Source: Chrysomallon squamiferum
Lineage: Eukaryota; Animalia; Mollusca
NCBI GenBank assembly: GCA_012295275.1
Contig: CM022671.1
Coordinates: 34,348,001 to 34,412,000, forward strand
DNA: 64,000 bases
Direction of reading: 5' to 3'
The position numbers and the translations under genes were made by a program. The notes beneath the pieces are model-generated. The model worked only from the letters and a program-made list of their open reading frames with translations, had not been told where the DNA came from and ran no database searches. How positions within the stretch are numbered: the stretch's first letter is position 1; every line of letters starts with the position of its first letter. Shown piece after piece: positions 1 through 12,522 of the stretch.

Positions 1-52
1 CGTCTCGTTTGTATATTATTTATTTATTATTTTTGTTCTTCTTCTTCTTATT

Positions 53-83
<31 letters not shown>

Positions 84-988
84 TTTTATTTATTTATTTA
101 TTATTAATTAATCAATTAATTTCTTTATTTATTTGCGATATGAACTTGAGAAGAATTGTTTCTTTATTCGCAGCATTTTAATATATGTCTTCAACGTCTA
201 ATTCATAGCACATGTCAACAAAAAGCAAATCAAAATGATATAGCGAATCTTATTTACTCTCTCTCTCTGTCAATCACTATCTATCTATCTATCTATCTAT
301 GCATCCAACCATCTCTCAAGGTAGACTTGATCTGTGGAATTAAATCATTGTGAAAACAATCAATATCTATATAAACCTCTTGTCCACAATATAATGGTCG
401 TTTTTTTTCGATTAGCACCATGAATGGAGAAAAGTTGTTTTTCTGAAACTATTTTACTTATAACGATACATAAACAATACATAAGCACTTATAAATAATT
501 GAATATAGTTTGTCATCTGCAATAGAAAATAAACAGGTACTTTGTGAAATAGAGAACGTTATTTTGCCTTTGATCTCAGTCTTCCAAAGGAAGCAAAAAG
601 GGCGGAATAAAGATTTATTTATAGGAAGAAGAAACTTAAGGTGCTTGTAAACTTAGAGAACGATGAAATTAGTTGAATAAAGAAGCACTGGTCTACCTGA
701 CTTCTCCAGCATATCGTAGCGATCATTAAATAAGTATGACTTATTTGGAAACAGTGTAAGGTCACTCTAGCATATCCTTTTAAAATGTATGTATGTATGT
801 ACGTATGTATTTATGGAGGTGTGTACGTATCTATGTATGTATGTGTCAATGTCCGTGATAAAAAACATAAATACCACTTGAATATTTAAAACTTCGATGC
901 TAAAGAAACTAAGATTATCAAAGAAACATCGATTTATATGTATTTTAAATTATAAAAGAAAAGACGTAAAGACAATCTATCAATTTCT

Positions 989-2047
989 TTAAGGTCTTGC
1001 TTCCCTAACTCTTCTAGATAACAAAATGTTCCAAAATTCAGCGAATCGGTTCACTTTTGTATGAATGAACACAATGTGTTTCTTTGCACTATTTAGAACA
1101 TCCTTTTTGGCTGGATTTTGTAGATAAACATTGTTGTATGGTATTCTCGTTATGTTCGCCTTCCGTATTAAATATCCTGTGATGTAAACGTCGTCAATCC
1201 AGAAAAAAGGAGTAAAGAAGGAAAGTTTGTACAATTTCTGTACGACACTTGGGGTTGTTAAAAAAGCCATACCGGCACAATAATGGTCAAAAATGTCAGA
1301 TGGGTGTTCCTTTTTACTGACGTACCATTTGGACCTTTTCAATCGGAAAACTCTAGACTTTCTCATTAAGCCACACAAAATCCAGCTCAACCCTCTGTGC
1401 TTAATTTCATTTTTAGATTTTAAGTCGGGTAACAATATAAACCAGTTGACGAAGACGTCATCGTCTGTTTTGAGAACGTAAACGGCCTGACTGCAGTACG
1501 TGGACACCCATTTTAACCCAGCTATCGCCTTGTAGGTTAAGTTGCGATAGGAATCCTTGAAATCTTCTTGTACGATGTCGCCATAAAATTCAGATTCGTT
1601 CTTCACCGACCGCATGACGTCGTGGTCGTCCACTTGTCCCATGATGAACACAACGAGAATTGTTTCTTTCACAAACTGTTTTATGTTTCCCCACGTTTTC
1701 CTGATTGTTTGGCGCTTATGAACATTTCGAGGAGAACTGTGGATATATGTTATGATAAACACTTTCTTTCCTTTGCAAAGATTGACAGGTTTATGAATGT
1801 ACGTGAAAGGGTGTGGGTTGACAATATATTCTTTGAACAGATTCTGTTCTGTCGTTGTTAAGGCTTCTACAAACGGAGATGCTGCAGTGGTTTTGATGAA
1901 GCCATGGAGTGACCGAATGTTTTTGTCTGTCAGAGTGATGATTGTTGTTATCCAGAACATGAGTGGAACAAAGCTCACAACAAGTACAAAAACTGGTCGA
2001 ATTCTCAATCGTTTCGCTATAGCACAACAGACTGAGCACAGCCTCAT
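989..2047 (-). CDS. GT31 beta-1,3-galactosyltransferase-like, young copy 1 (352 aa, intact)
   Basis: The track ORF starts at a TTG; the likely start is the ATG at 2047 (MRLCSVCC), 6 nt after a polypyrimidine-CAG acceptor. TM segment VFVLVVSFVPLMFWITTII, then RQTIRKTWG, DIVQEDFKDSYRNLTYK, KTDDDVFVN, SKWY, YCAG, WIDDVYITG and C-terminal FIHT. Confidence 0.93.
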   Translation of the reverse strand: MRLCSVCCAIAKRLRIRPVFVLVVSFVPLMFWITTIITLTDKNIRSLHGFIKTTAASPFVEALTTTEQNLFKEYIVNPHPFTYIHKPVNLCKGKKVFIITYIHSSPRNVHKRQTIRKTWGNIKQFVKETILVVFIMGQVDDHDVMRSVKNESEFYGDIVQEDFKDSYRNLTYKAIAGLKWVSTYCSQAVYVLKTDDDVFVNWFILLPDLKSKNEIKHRGLSWILCGLMRKSRVFRLKRSKWYVSKKEHPSDIFDHYCAGMAFLTTPSVVQKLYKLSFFTPFFWIDDVYITGYLIRKANITRIPYNNVYLQNPAKKDVLNSAKKHIVFIHTKVNRFAEFWNILLSRRVREARP

Positions 2048-2053
2048 AATAAA

Positions 2054-2090
2054 CTGCGAAACAGAAAAAATAAAGAAAGAAAAAAAAGCG
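2054..2090 (-). other. 3' splice acceptor preceding copy 1 (equivalents at ~6706, ~10124, ~16070, ~20598)
   Basis: Minus strand reads ttttttctgtttcgcag|tttattATG: polypyrimidine tract plus YAG, conserved in all five young copies that retain their 5' end. Confidence 0.75.
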
Positions 2091-3569
2091 TAATAATGAA
2101 GAAGGAGAAAATGAAAAATAAAATTCGTTAACAAGTACAAACTATTGTGTGAACAATTTAAAGCATCATCATCATCAACATCATCATCATCATTGCCATC
2201 ATCTCCATCTTTATCGTCATCATTACCACTGTCATCATTATTATAATGATAATCATATTAATCATAACTTTCACCATTATCGTTATAATTATTATCATGA
2301 ATAGTCATCAAAATTAAAAATAAATAGATGAACAAATTAAAATAAAATAAAATACATAAAAAATTAAATAAAAAAATAAAAATAAAGGTTTATATCACTA
2401 TAACTGAAGTAATAATAATAAGACTAAAATCCAGCTAGATAAAATTTCGTAGTTTCATAATACTAAACCTCCCAAACCCCAATATTTTTCAGGAATGTAT
2501 AACTACCTTAAAATCTGTAGCAAAAACAATTTCTGTTTTCATTAGTACATATTTTATGTGTGTTTGTCTGTGAGACGATTAACAAATGAAAAATAAATAA
2601 ATCAATGTTTTTACATACTTGATGGTAACTCGACACACTCTTGTAGACAACAATAAAATACTTCAACTTGAATGAGAAAAGCAATTAAATGGAACAGTAG
2701 CTTGCGTTCCTAGGCTGTTAACCATCCACGTAGATCACGACTTCATTTAACTTCGTTAACGACGACACAGAAAACGGCATTTTACCGACATGCGGTGGTT
2801 TTAAACAGTCGCAGACAAAAGGATTAAGTTGCAGTATGAAAGAATTTAGATGTAACATTTGGTGCAAAAATTTCATACGATTCTGTACAAATACCAATAA
2901 CCTATGACATCATGCGCCAGATTCCTGTTAATCCCATTGTAATGCAAAAATATTTTATATCAATATAGCATAACTACAGATATCTACATAGTGTCTACAT
3001 TATACATGCAATATGTCTGCGGTATTTATGCAATAATTTGATGAAGTCTATGAATGTAAACATGTATGTAGATACGTGTGTCAGTATGTTCATTTATGCC
3101 TTTTCGGATTGAATATTATCTGTTTTTTTGTACTTCTGATTAGATTCTGCACATAGACAATTTTATGGAACACACTGGCAGAGGAGGACAAAGCCCAATC
3201 ACTGAACCACAAACCCCTTCACATTTGACTAACAAGACTCGAACGTATGGCACCCATTGGCCCGCATATGGAAGTCTGACCACGTTACCGATCGGTCATC
3301 AAAACAAACCTGAAAAAGATTCTCAATCACCAAGTATAACAATAGCTTCCCACGAAGCACGCCGGTCTTTTGTCTTTCGTAATTTTTGTGTGTTTCTATT
3401 TCTTATAGAAAAGCTTGCACTGGCAATTATGTATTTTAGGGCTTTAATATTCTCTGTCTTATGATCCTCTGAATAGACTCTGCACATAGACAGTATTCGG
3501 GAACGCACTGGTACTGAAGAATAAATTCGAATCACGTCCTCACAAATCCCGTCCGAAGCTGGACAAAAC

Positions 3570-4460
3570 GAGGATACTTCTCTGCAGAGTTAGACATACT
3601 CTATAGGAGAAGACTTGGATAATTTATTATAGTAAACTTGTATGTTTCACTGGAGATGTATCTAGAAGATTTAGATACCACACTGGAGAAATTCATATAT
3701 TTTATTACAGAAAGATGATAGTTCACTGCAGATCCGAGATACTTTATTAAATGAGATTTGTATTCTTAACTAGAGATCTTGAGATAATGTATTAGATTAA
3801 ACTTCCATACTTCACTTGAGACTTAGAGATACTTTATTATAGAAGTCTTAAATACGACATTGGAGGTGTTCAGATATTTTATTAGAGAATGAATGTATTT
3901 CGGAGGAGATCTGAGATAATGTATTAGAGAGCTCTTGCATACTTAACTGCTGTGTTAGAGATAGTTTATTACGAAAGCGTTAAATACTACATTGTAGAAG
4001 TTGAAATAATTTGTTACAGAAAAAAGGTATTTCTGAGATTATTAGAGTGTTTTTGGATACTTCACTGGAGAGTTACAGATACTTTATTATAGAAAACTTA
4101 CAGAGGTTTAGATGTTTTATTTGAAAAAAGAAGATATTTCACTGCAGATCAGAGACTCTTCATTAGAGAAAACTTGGATACTTCACTGGAGGCCTGAGAT
4201 AACTGTATTACACAAAACGTGAATTTTTCTCTAGATAGCTATAGATACGGAATTAGAGAAAGTTTGAATACTTCCCCACAGGGTTATTATTATTATTATT
4301 ATTATTATTATTTTCGTTTTAAAGAAAATTTTTATTCTCCATTAAAGAACTAGAACTATTATGTCGGAGACGATTAAGATACCCTTCTGAAAGGCTAAAT
4401 AATTCACTGACTGACTGACAAACTGTGTCAGAGAAAACTGGATACGTCACTGAAAGGCTG
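3570..4460. repeat. Degenerate ~43-45-bp satellite in each duplication unit (also ~7320-8000, 11700-12420, 17590-18260, 22090-22730)
   Basis: Recurring ttggatacttcactggaga...gagatactttattagagaa motif. Confidence 0.8.
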
Positions 4461-4811
4461 GAGTGTTGGATAGATTTAGATTTCTTGAAGACTTGTTTAA
4501 AGGGGTTGAGTCAGTGGTTTGATCTTTCTTGAACACTAGACAGGAAAGGAAGAGATACTGATTACAGTATAAGCACAGTATTAAGTTCAGAAATATCAAA
4601 CTGTGCAGTTAACATAGTCATTTAAAGAACAGAAGAGAAACTTAGTTAAATAAAATGAAAGTACTTTATTAAATAAGTGTTGTTATAACTATAACGTGTC
4701 GTTTGTATTTGATTTATTTATTTATTGTTATTATTATTTTGCGACTGGAACTGGAGAAAAAATGTTTATTATTCACAGTATTTAGTATATGTTTTTAATG
4801 TCTAAATCACA

Positions 4812-4938
<127 letters not shown>

Positions 4939-5675
4939 TTAGTGACTATCTATCTATCTATCCATCCATCCATTTTTCAACATAGACTTGATCTATGTAG
5001 TTAAAATAATTATGAAAACAATTATATATATATATATAAGTATGTATATATCAACCTGTTGTTTGCTACAGAGTAGATTTTTTTTCGATTAGAAGCACGA
5101 ATGTTTTATAACAAGTTTCACATGGACAGCAAACAATTATTTTTCTGAAATTACTTCACTTATAACAAACTACACATAAGCACATATAAATAATCGAATA
5201 AAGTTTGTAATCTGCAATAGAAAGTAAACAGGTACTTTGTGAAATGGAGAATATTATCTCGCCTTTGATCTCCGTCTTTCAATGGAAGCAAAAGTTTTAT
5301 GCATAGGAAGAAGCAACATAATGTGCTTGTAAACGTAGAGAACGATGAAATTAGTTGAATAAAGAAGCACTGGTCTACCTGACTTCTCCAGCATGTCGTA
5401 GCGATCATTAAATAAGTATGACTTTATTTAGAAACAGTGTAGGGTCATTCTAGCACATCCTTTTTAAATGTATATATTTATGTATGTACGCACTTATGGA
5501 TGTGTGTACGTATCTACGTATGTATGTGTGAAAGTACGTGATAAAAAACATAAATATCATTTGAATATTTAAAACTTTGATACAAAAGAAAATAAAATGA
5601 TTAAAGAAAGAAACAAATATTTATATGTATTTTAAATTATAAAAGAAAAGACGTAAAGACAATCTATCAATTTCT

Positions 5676-6699
5676 TTAAGGTCTTGCTTCCATGACTCTT
5701 CTAGATAACAAAATGTTCCAAAATTCATCGAATAGGTTCACTTTTGTACGAACGAACACAATGTGTTTCTTTGCACTGTTTAGAACATCATTTTTGCCTG
5801 GATATTGTAGATAAGCATTGCTGTATGGTATTCTCGTTATGTTCGCCTTCCGTATTAAATATCCTGTGATGTAAACGTCGTCAATCCAGAAAAAAGGAGT
5901 AAAGAAGGAAAGTTTGTATAATTTCTGCACGACACTTGGGGTTGTTAAAAAAGCCATACCAGAACAATAAGGGTGAAACACATCAGATGGGTGTTCTTTT
6001 TTACTAATATACCATTTGGACCTTTTGTCTCGGAAAACATTAGAATTTGTGATTAAGCAACACAAAATCCAGCTCAACCCTCTGTTCTTAATTTCAGTGT
6101 TAGATTTTAAGTTCGGCAAGAATATAAACCAGTTGACGAAGATGTCATCGTCTGTTTTGAGAACGTACACGGCCTGACTGCAGTACGTGGACACCCATTT
6201 TAACCCAGCTACAGCCTTGTAGGTTAAGTTGCGATAGGAATCCTTGAAATCTTCTTGTACGATGTCGCCATAAAATTCAGATTCGTTCTTCACCGACCGC
6301 ATGACGTCGTGGTCGTCCACTTGTCCCATGATGAACACAACGAGAATTGTTTCTTTCACAAACCGTTTTATGTTTCCCCATGTTTTCCTGATTGTTTGGC
6401 GTTTATGAACATTTCGTGGAGAACTGTGGATATATGTTATGATAAACACTTTCTTTCCTTTGCAAAGTTTGACAGGTTTATGAATGTACGTGAAAGGGTG
6501 TGGATTGACAATAGGTAATTTCAGCAAACGAAGAGATTGCAGTGGTTTTGATGAGGCCATGGAGTGAACGAATGTTTTTGTCTCTGAGAGTAATGATTGT
6601 TGTTATCCAGAACAAGAGTGGAAGAAAGCTGACAAGTACAAAAACTGATCGAATTCTCACACGTTTCCTTATAGCACAACAGACTGAGCACAACATCAT
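5676..6699 (-). pseudogene. GT31 copy 2, frameshifted
   Basis: ORF 6478..6699 (TM region) and ORF 5676..6560 (catalytic domain) are in different frames. Net 32-bp deletion near 6517-6525 relative to copy 5. Conserved C-terminal His replaced by Arg (FVRT). Confidence 0.88.
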
Positions 6700-8244
6700 A
6701 ATAAACTACGAAACAGAAAAAAAAAGCAAAAAAAAAAACATGCGTAATAATGAAGAAGAAAATAAAAAATAAAATGCGTTAAGATAGCAGCTGTTGTTTA
6801 AACAATTTACAACATCATCAAATCTAAATCATCATTATCATTGCCATCATCATCATCGCATGTATGTACGCACTTATTGACTACTGTCTGTTTTTTGTAC
6901 TTCTGATTAGATTCTGCACATAGACAATTTTGTGGAACACACTGGCATAGGAGGACGAAGTCCAATCACGACATCAGAATCACACTCAGATTTAACTAAC
7001 GAGACTCAAACATATGGCACCCATATGCCGTATATCGAAGTTTGACCACGTTACCGCTCGGTCAGCAAAACAAACCTGAAAAAGTTTCTCAATCACCAAG
7101 TGTAACAATAGCTTGCCAGGAAGCTCGCCGGGTTTTTTGTCTTTCGTCATTTTTCTGTGTTTCTATTTCTTACAGAAAACCTTGAACTGGCAAGTATGTA
7201 TTTTAGGATTTTAATATTCGCTCTCTTATGTTCCTCTCAATAGACTCTGCACATAGACAATATTCGGGAACGTGAAGGTCCAATCACGATCTCGCAAATC
7301 CCGTCCGAAGCTAGACAAAACTAGGATACTTCAATGGAGAATTATCTAGAAGATATAGATATCACAATGGAGAGGTTTATATATTTTGTTAGAGAAAGAA
7401 GATATTTCACTTCAGATCTGAGATACTTTATTAGAGAAGACTCAGATACTTCATTGGAAGAGATATGTTATTAGAGAAAAATTTCATACTTAACTGGATA
7501 GCGAGAGGTAGTTTATTGCGAAATCGTTAAATACTACATTGTAGTAGTTCAAATAATTTATTAGAAAAAAAAAAAGTATTTCTGAGATTATTAGAGTATT
7601 TTTAAATACTTCACTGGAGAGTTAGAGATAATTTATTATAGAAAACTTTAAGAGGTTTACATATTTTATTAGAAAAAAAGAAGATATTTCGCTGCAGATT
7701 AGAGATTCTTTATTAGAGAAAACTTGGATGTTTCACTGGGGGCCTAAGTTCATATTATCACACAAAAAAGATGAATTCTTCTCAATATGGCTATAGATGT
7801 TGTATTAGATAAAGTTTGAATACATCGCCAGAGGGTTATTTTAATTAGTATTTTTTTTTAGAGAAAACGTTGATTCTCCAGTAAAGAACTACAGCTATTT
7901 TATCAGAGACGATTAGGATACTGTTCTAGAAGGCTAAATAATTCACGGACGTACTGACAGACTGTGTCAGAGAAAACTGGATACGTCACTAAAAGACTGG
8001 AGTGTTGGATGGATTTAGATTTCTTGAAGACTTGTTTAAAGGGTTTGTGTCAGTGGTTTGCTCTTTCTTAAACACTAGACTGAAATGATACTGATTACAG
8101 TATTAAGCACAATATTATTTATTTGCGATAGGAACTGGAGAAGAATTGTTTCTTTATTCGCAGTATTTTAATATATATCTTCAATGTCTAATTCATAGCA
8201 CATGTCCACAAAAAGTAAATCAAAATGATATAGCGAATCTTATT

Positions 8245-8347
<103 letters not shown>

Positions 8348-8956
8348 AATCACTATCTGTCTGTCTATCCATCCAACCATCTCTCAAGGTAGACTTGATC
8401 TGTGTAGTTAAATCATTGTGAAAATAATCAATATATATATAAACCTCTTGTCCGCAATATAGTGGTAGTTTCTATTTTAGATTAGCACTACGAATTGAAA
8501 ACAGTTGTTTTACTGAAATTATTTCATTTAAAACAATACATAAACTATAAATAAGCACTTATAAATAATCGAATAGAGTTTGTCATCTGCAATAGAAAAT
8601 AAACATGTACTTTGTGAAATAGAGAACGTTATTTTGCCTTTGATATCTATCGTTCAAAGGTAGCAAAAAGGGCGGAATAAAGATTTATTTATAGGAAGAA
8701 GAAACATAAGGTGCTTGTAAACTTAGAAAAAGATGAAATTAGTTGAATAAAGAAGCACTGGTCTACCTGACTTCTCCAGCATATCGTAGCGATCATTAAA
8801 TAAGTATGACTTTATTTAGAAACAGTGTAGGATCACTCTAGCACATCCTTTTAAAATGTATGTATGTATGTACGTATGCACTTATTGATGTATGTATGTA
8901 TTTATGTATGTATGTGTGAATGTAGATGATAAAAAACATAAATACCATTTGAATAT

Positions 8957-10117
8957 TTAAAACTTCGACATTAAATAAAATAACATTATCAAAGACACAA
9001 ACAACGATTTATATGTGTTTTTATAAAAGAAAATACGTGAAGACAATTTATCAATTTCTTTAAGGTCTTTATTCCTAACTCTTCTAGCTAACGAAATATT
9101 CCACAATTCAGCGATTAGGTCCACATTTGTATGAACGAACACGATATTTTTCTTTGCACTGTTTAGAACATTCTGTTTGCCTTCATATATTAGATAAGCA
9201 GTATTGTATGGTATTCTAGTTATCTTCGCCTTCCGTATTAAATATCCTGTGATGTAAACGTCGTCAATCCAGAAAAAAGGAGTAAAGAAGGAAAGCTTGT
9301 ATAATTTCTGTACGACACTTGGAGTGGTTAAAAATGCCATACCAGAACAGTGAGGGTCAAAGACATCAGATGGGTGTTCCTTTTTACTAAGATACCATTT
9401 GGACCTTTTTTTTCGGATAACTTTATTCTTTCTCAGTAAGAAACAAAAAATCCAGCTCAACCCTCTGTGCTTAATTTCATTTTTAGATTTTAAGTCGGGT
9501 AACAATATAAACCAGTTGACGAAAACATCATCGTCTGTTTTGAGAACGTACACGGCCTGACTGCAGTACGTGGACACCCATTTTAACCCAGCTATCGCCT
9601 TGTAGGTTAAGTTGCGATAGGAATCCTTGAAATCTTCTTGTACGATGTCGCCATAAAATTCAGATTCGTTCTCCACCGACCGCATGACGTCGTGATCGTC
9701 CACTTGTCCCATGATGAACACAACGAGAATTGTTTCTTTCACAAACCGTTTTATGTTTCCCCACGTTTTCCTGATTGTTTGGCGTTTATGAAAATTTTCT
9801 GGAGAACTGTGGATATATGTTATGATAAACACTTTCTTTCCTTTGCAAAGATTGACAGGTTTATGAATGTACGTGAAAGGGTGTGGATTGACAATAGGTC
9901 TTTTGAGCAGATTCTGTTCTGTCGTTGTGAAGTCTTCTACAAACAGAGAGGTTGCAGTGGTTCTCAAGAGGCTATAGAGTGAAAGAATGTTTTTGTCTCT
10001 GAGAGTGATGACTGTTGTTATCCAGAACAATAGTGGAACAAAGGTGACAACAAGTACAGAAACTGATCGAATTCTCACACGTTTCCCTATAGCACAACAG
10101 ACTGAGCACAACTTCAT
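8957..10117 (-). CDS. GT31 young copy 3 (386 aa, C-terminal read-through extension)
   Basis: All GT31 motifs are intact. A 1-bp loss near 9070 bypasses the ancestral EARP* stop and extends the ORF into the former 3' UTR. Confidence 0.9.
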   Translation of the reverse strand: MKLCSVCCAIGKRVRIRSVSVLVVTFVPLLFWITTVITLRDKNILSLYSLLRTTATSLFVEDFTTTEQNLLKRPIVNPHPFTYIHKPVNLCKGKKVFIITYIHSSPENFHKRQTIRKTWGNIKRFVKETILVVFIMGQVDDHDVMRSVENESEFYGDIVQEDFKDSYRNLTYKAIAGLKWVSTYCSQAVYVLKTDDDVFVNWFILLPDLKSKNEIKHRGLSWIFCFLLRKNKVIRKKRSKWYLSKKEHPSDVFDPHCSGMAFLTTPSVVQKLYKLSFFTPFFWIDDVYITGYLIRKAKITRIPYNTAYLIYEGKQNVLNSAKKNIVFVHTNVDLIAELWNISLARRVRNKDLKEIDKLSSRIFFYKNTYKSLFVSLIMLFYLMSKF

Positions 10118-11259
10118 AATAAACTGCGAAACAGAAAAAATAAAGAAAGAAAAAAAGCGTAATAATGAAGAAGAAGAAAATAAAAATAAAATGCGTTAAC
10201 ATAGCAGCTATTGTGTGAACAATTTACAGCATCATCATCATCATCATCATCATCAACTTCATCATTATCATTGCCATCATCATCATCTTTATCGTCATCA
10301 TTATCACTATCAGCATTACCTCCATGATAATCATATTTATCATGACGTTCACCATTAACGTTATAATTATTATCATGAATATTATCGCCTTCATATTCAT
10401 CAAAATTAAAAATGAATACAGGAACAAATTAAAATAAAATAAAATAAAATACATAAAAAAAAAAAAAAAATGAAAAATAAAGGTTTATATAACTATAACT
10501 GAAATAAATAATAATAAGACTAAAATCCAACTATATAAAATTTAGTTGTTTCATAATACTAAACCTCTCAAACCCCAATATTTTTTCAGGAATATATAAC
10601 TACCTTTAAATCTGTAGCGAAAACAGTTTCTGTTTTATGTGTGTTTTTGTGTGAGACGAACAACAAATGAAAAATAAATAAATCAATGTTTTTACATACT
10701 TGATGGTAATTCGACACACAGTTGTAGACAACAATAAAATACTTCAACTTCAATGAGAAAAACAATCAAATGTAACAGTAGCTTGCGTTCTTAGGCCGTC
10801 AACCATCCACGTAGTACACGAGGTTTTTAACTTCGTTAACGACGACACAGAAAATGGCATTTTACTAAAGTACGGTGCTTTTGAACCATGGCAGACAAGA
10901 GGATTAAGTTGCATTATGAAAGGATCTTGGAAGTAACATTTGCAGCAAATATTATAGATGTTTCTATACAAATACCAATAGTCTCTGAAATCATGCAGCA
11001 GATTCGTGATAATCCTGTCGTAATGTTAGACTATTGTATATTAGAATATACTATTCTACTTACGTTAACCTTTATTTACTTCGGTAACATGTGCACTGAT
11101 CAATATATTATAAGTACATTTATCTACATAGTGTCTAGAGTACATATGCAATACGTCTACGGTTTATATGCAATAATTTGATTAAGTGTATGAATGTAAA
11201 CATGTATGTAGATACTTGTGTCAGTATATATGCATTTTACGATTGAGTACTATCTTTTT

Positions 11260-12470
11260 TGTACTTCTGATTAGATTCTGCACATAGACAATTTTATGGA
11301 ACATACTGGCACATGAGGACAAAGTCCAATCACTGAACCACAAACCCCGTCACATTTGACTAACAAGACTCGAACGTATGACACCCATTGGCCCGCACAT
11401 CGAAGTCGGACCACGTTACCGATCGGTCTTCAAAACAAAACTGAAAAAGTTTCTCAATCACCAAGTATAACAATAGCTTCCCACGAAGCACGCCGTTTTT
11501 TTGTCATTTGTAATTTTTGTGTGTTTCTATTTTTTATAGAAAACCTTGCACTGGCAAGTATGCATTTTAGGATTTTAATATTCTCTGTCTTCTGTGCGTC
11601 TGAAAAGACTCTGCACATAGAAAGTATTGGGCAACGCACTGGTAGTGGATGATAAAGTCCAATCACGACCCCTCAAACCCCGTCCGAAGCTAGAGTGACT
11701 ATATTAGTGAAAACTAGTACACTTCACTAGAGAGCTGGAGATAATTTATTAGAGAAGAACTGGATGTTTCACTGAAGAGCTAGTTATACTTTATTTGAGA
11801 TAACTTGGATACTTCACTGGAGAGTTATCTAGTAGATTTAGATACCTCACTGGAGAGGTTCATATGTTTTATTAGAGAAAGAAGATATTTCATTGGGCTA
11901 CTTCCCAGCAGAATTAGAGATACTTTATTAGAGAAGATTCAGACAATACATTGAAGAGGTTCAGATATTTTATTAGAGAAGACTTGGATTCTTCACTAGA
12001 CAGCTACAGATAATTTGTTAGAGTAACTTTGCATACTTCGCTGGAGAGTTAGAGTCATTTTATTATAGAAAACTTATAAATGTTCAGATATTTTATTAGA
12101 CAAAGAAGATATGTCACTGAAGATCTGAGATTCTTTATTAGAGAAAATTTGGATACTTCACTGGAGGCCTGAGATAATTTTATTACCTAAAACGTGAATT
12201 CTTCTCTACATTGCTATTGATATTGTATTTGAGAAAGTTTTAATAGTTCCCCAATGGGTTAATTGTTCTGTATTTTAATTTTTTTTTTTTTTTTTATTTT
12301 AGACTTTGGTTCTCCAATTAAAAACTTGAGTTATTTTATCAGAGAAGATTTGGATACTCTTGTAGAAAGGGAGATAATTCATGGAAGGGCTGAGGTACTG
12401 GATCAGAGAAAACTGTGTTTACTGTCTAATTCACGGCACTGTCTGTCTGTCTGTCCATCTATCTATCCAC

Positions 12471-12522
<52 letters not shown>

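Noticed and set aside
1568-2093. Recurrent plus-strand ORFs overlapping each GT31 copy
   Set aside because: Antisense shadows, conserved only because the genes are recent duplicates.
2048-2140. 31-aa N-terminal extension of copy 1 in the ORF track
   Set aside because: Begins at TTG and translates the intronic polypyrimidine tract; paralogues start at the downstream ATG.
3165-3535. 99-aa and 70-aa ORFs in the upstream module (also 11356, 21702)
   Set aside because: Frames, starts and stops differ between units, and no domain is recognisable.
10224-10454. Met/Ile-rich or His-rich ORFs (also 16144-16419)
   Set aside because: Translations of degenerate (CAT)n intron microsatellite.
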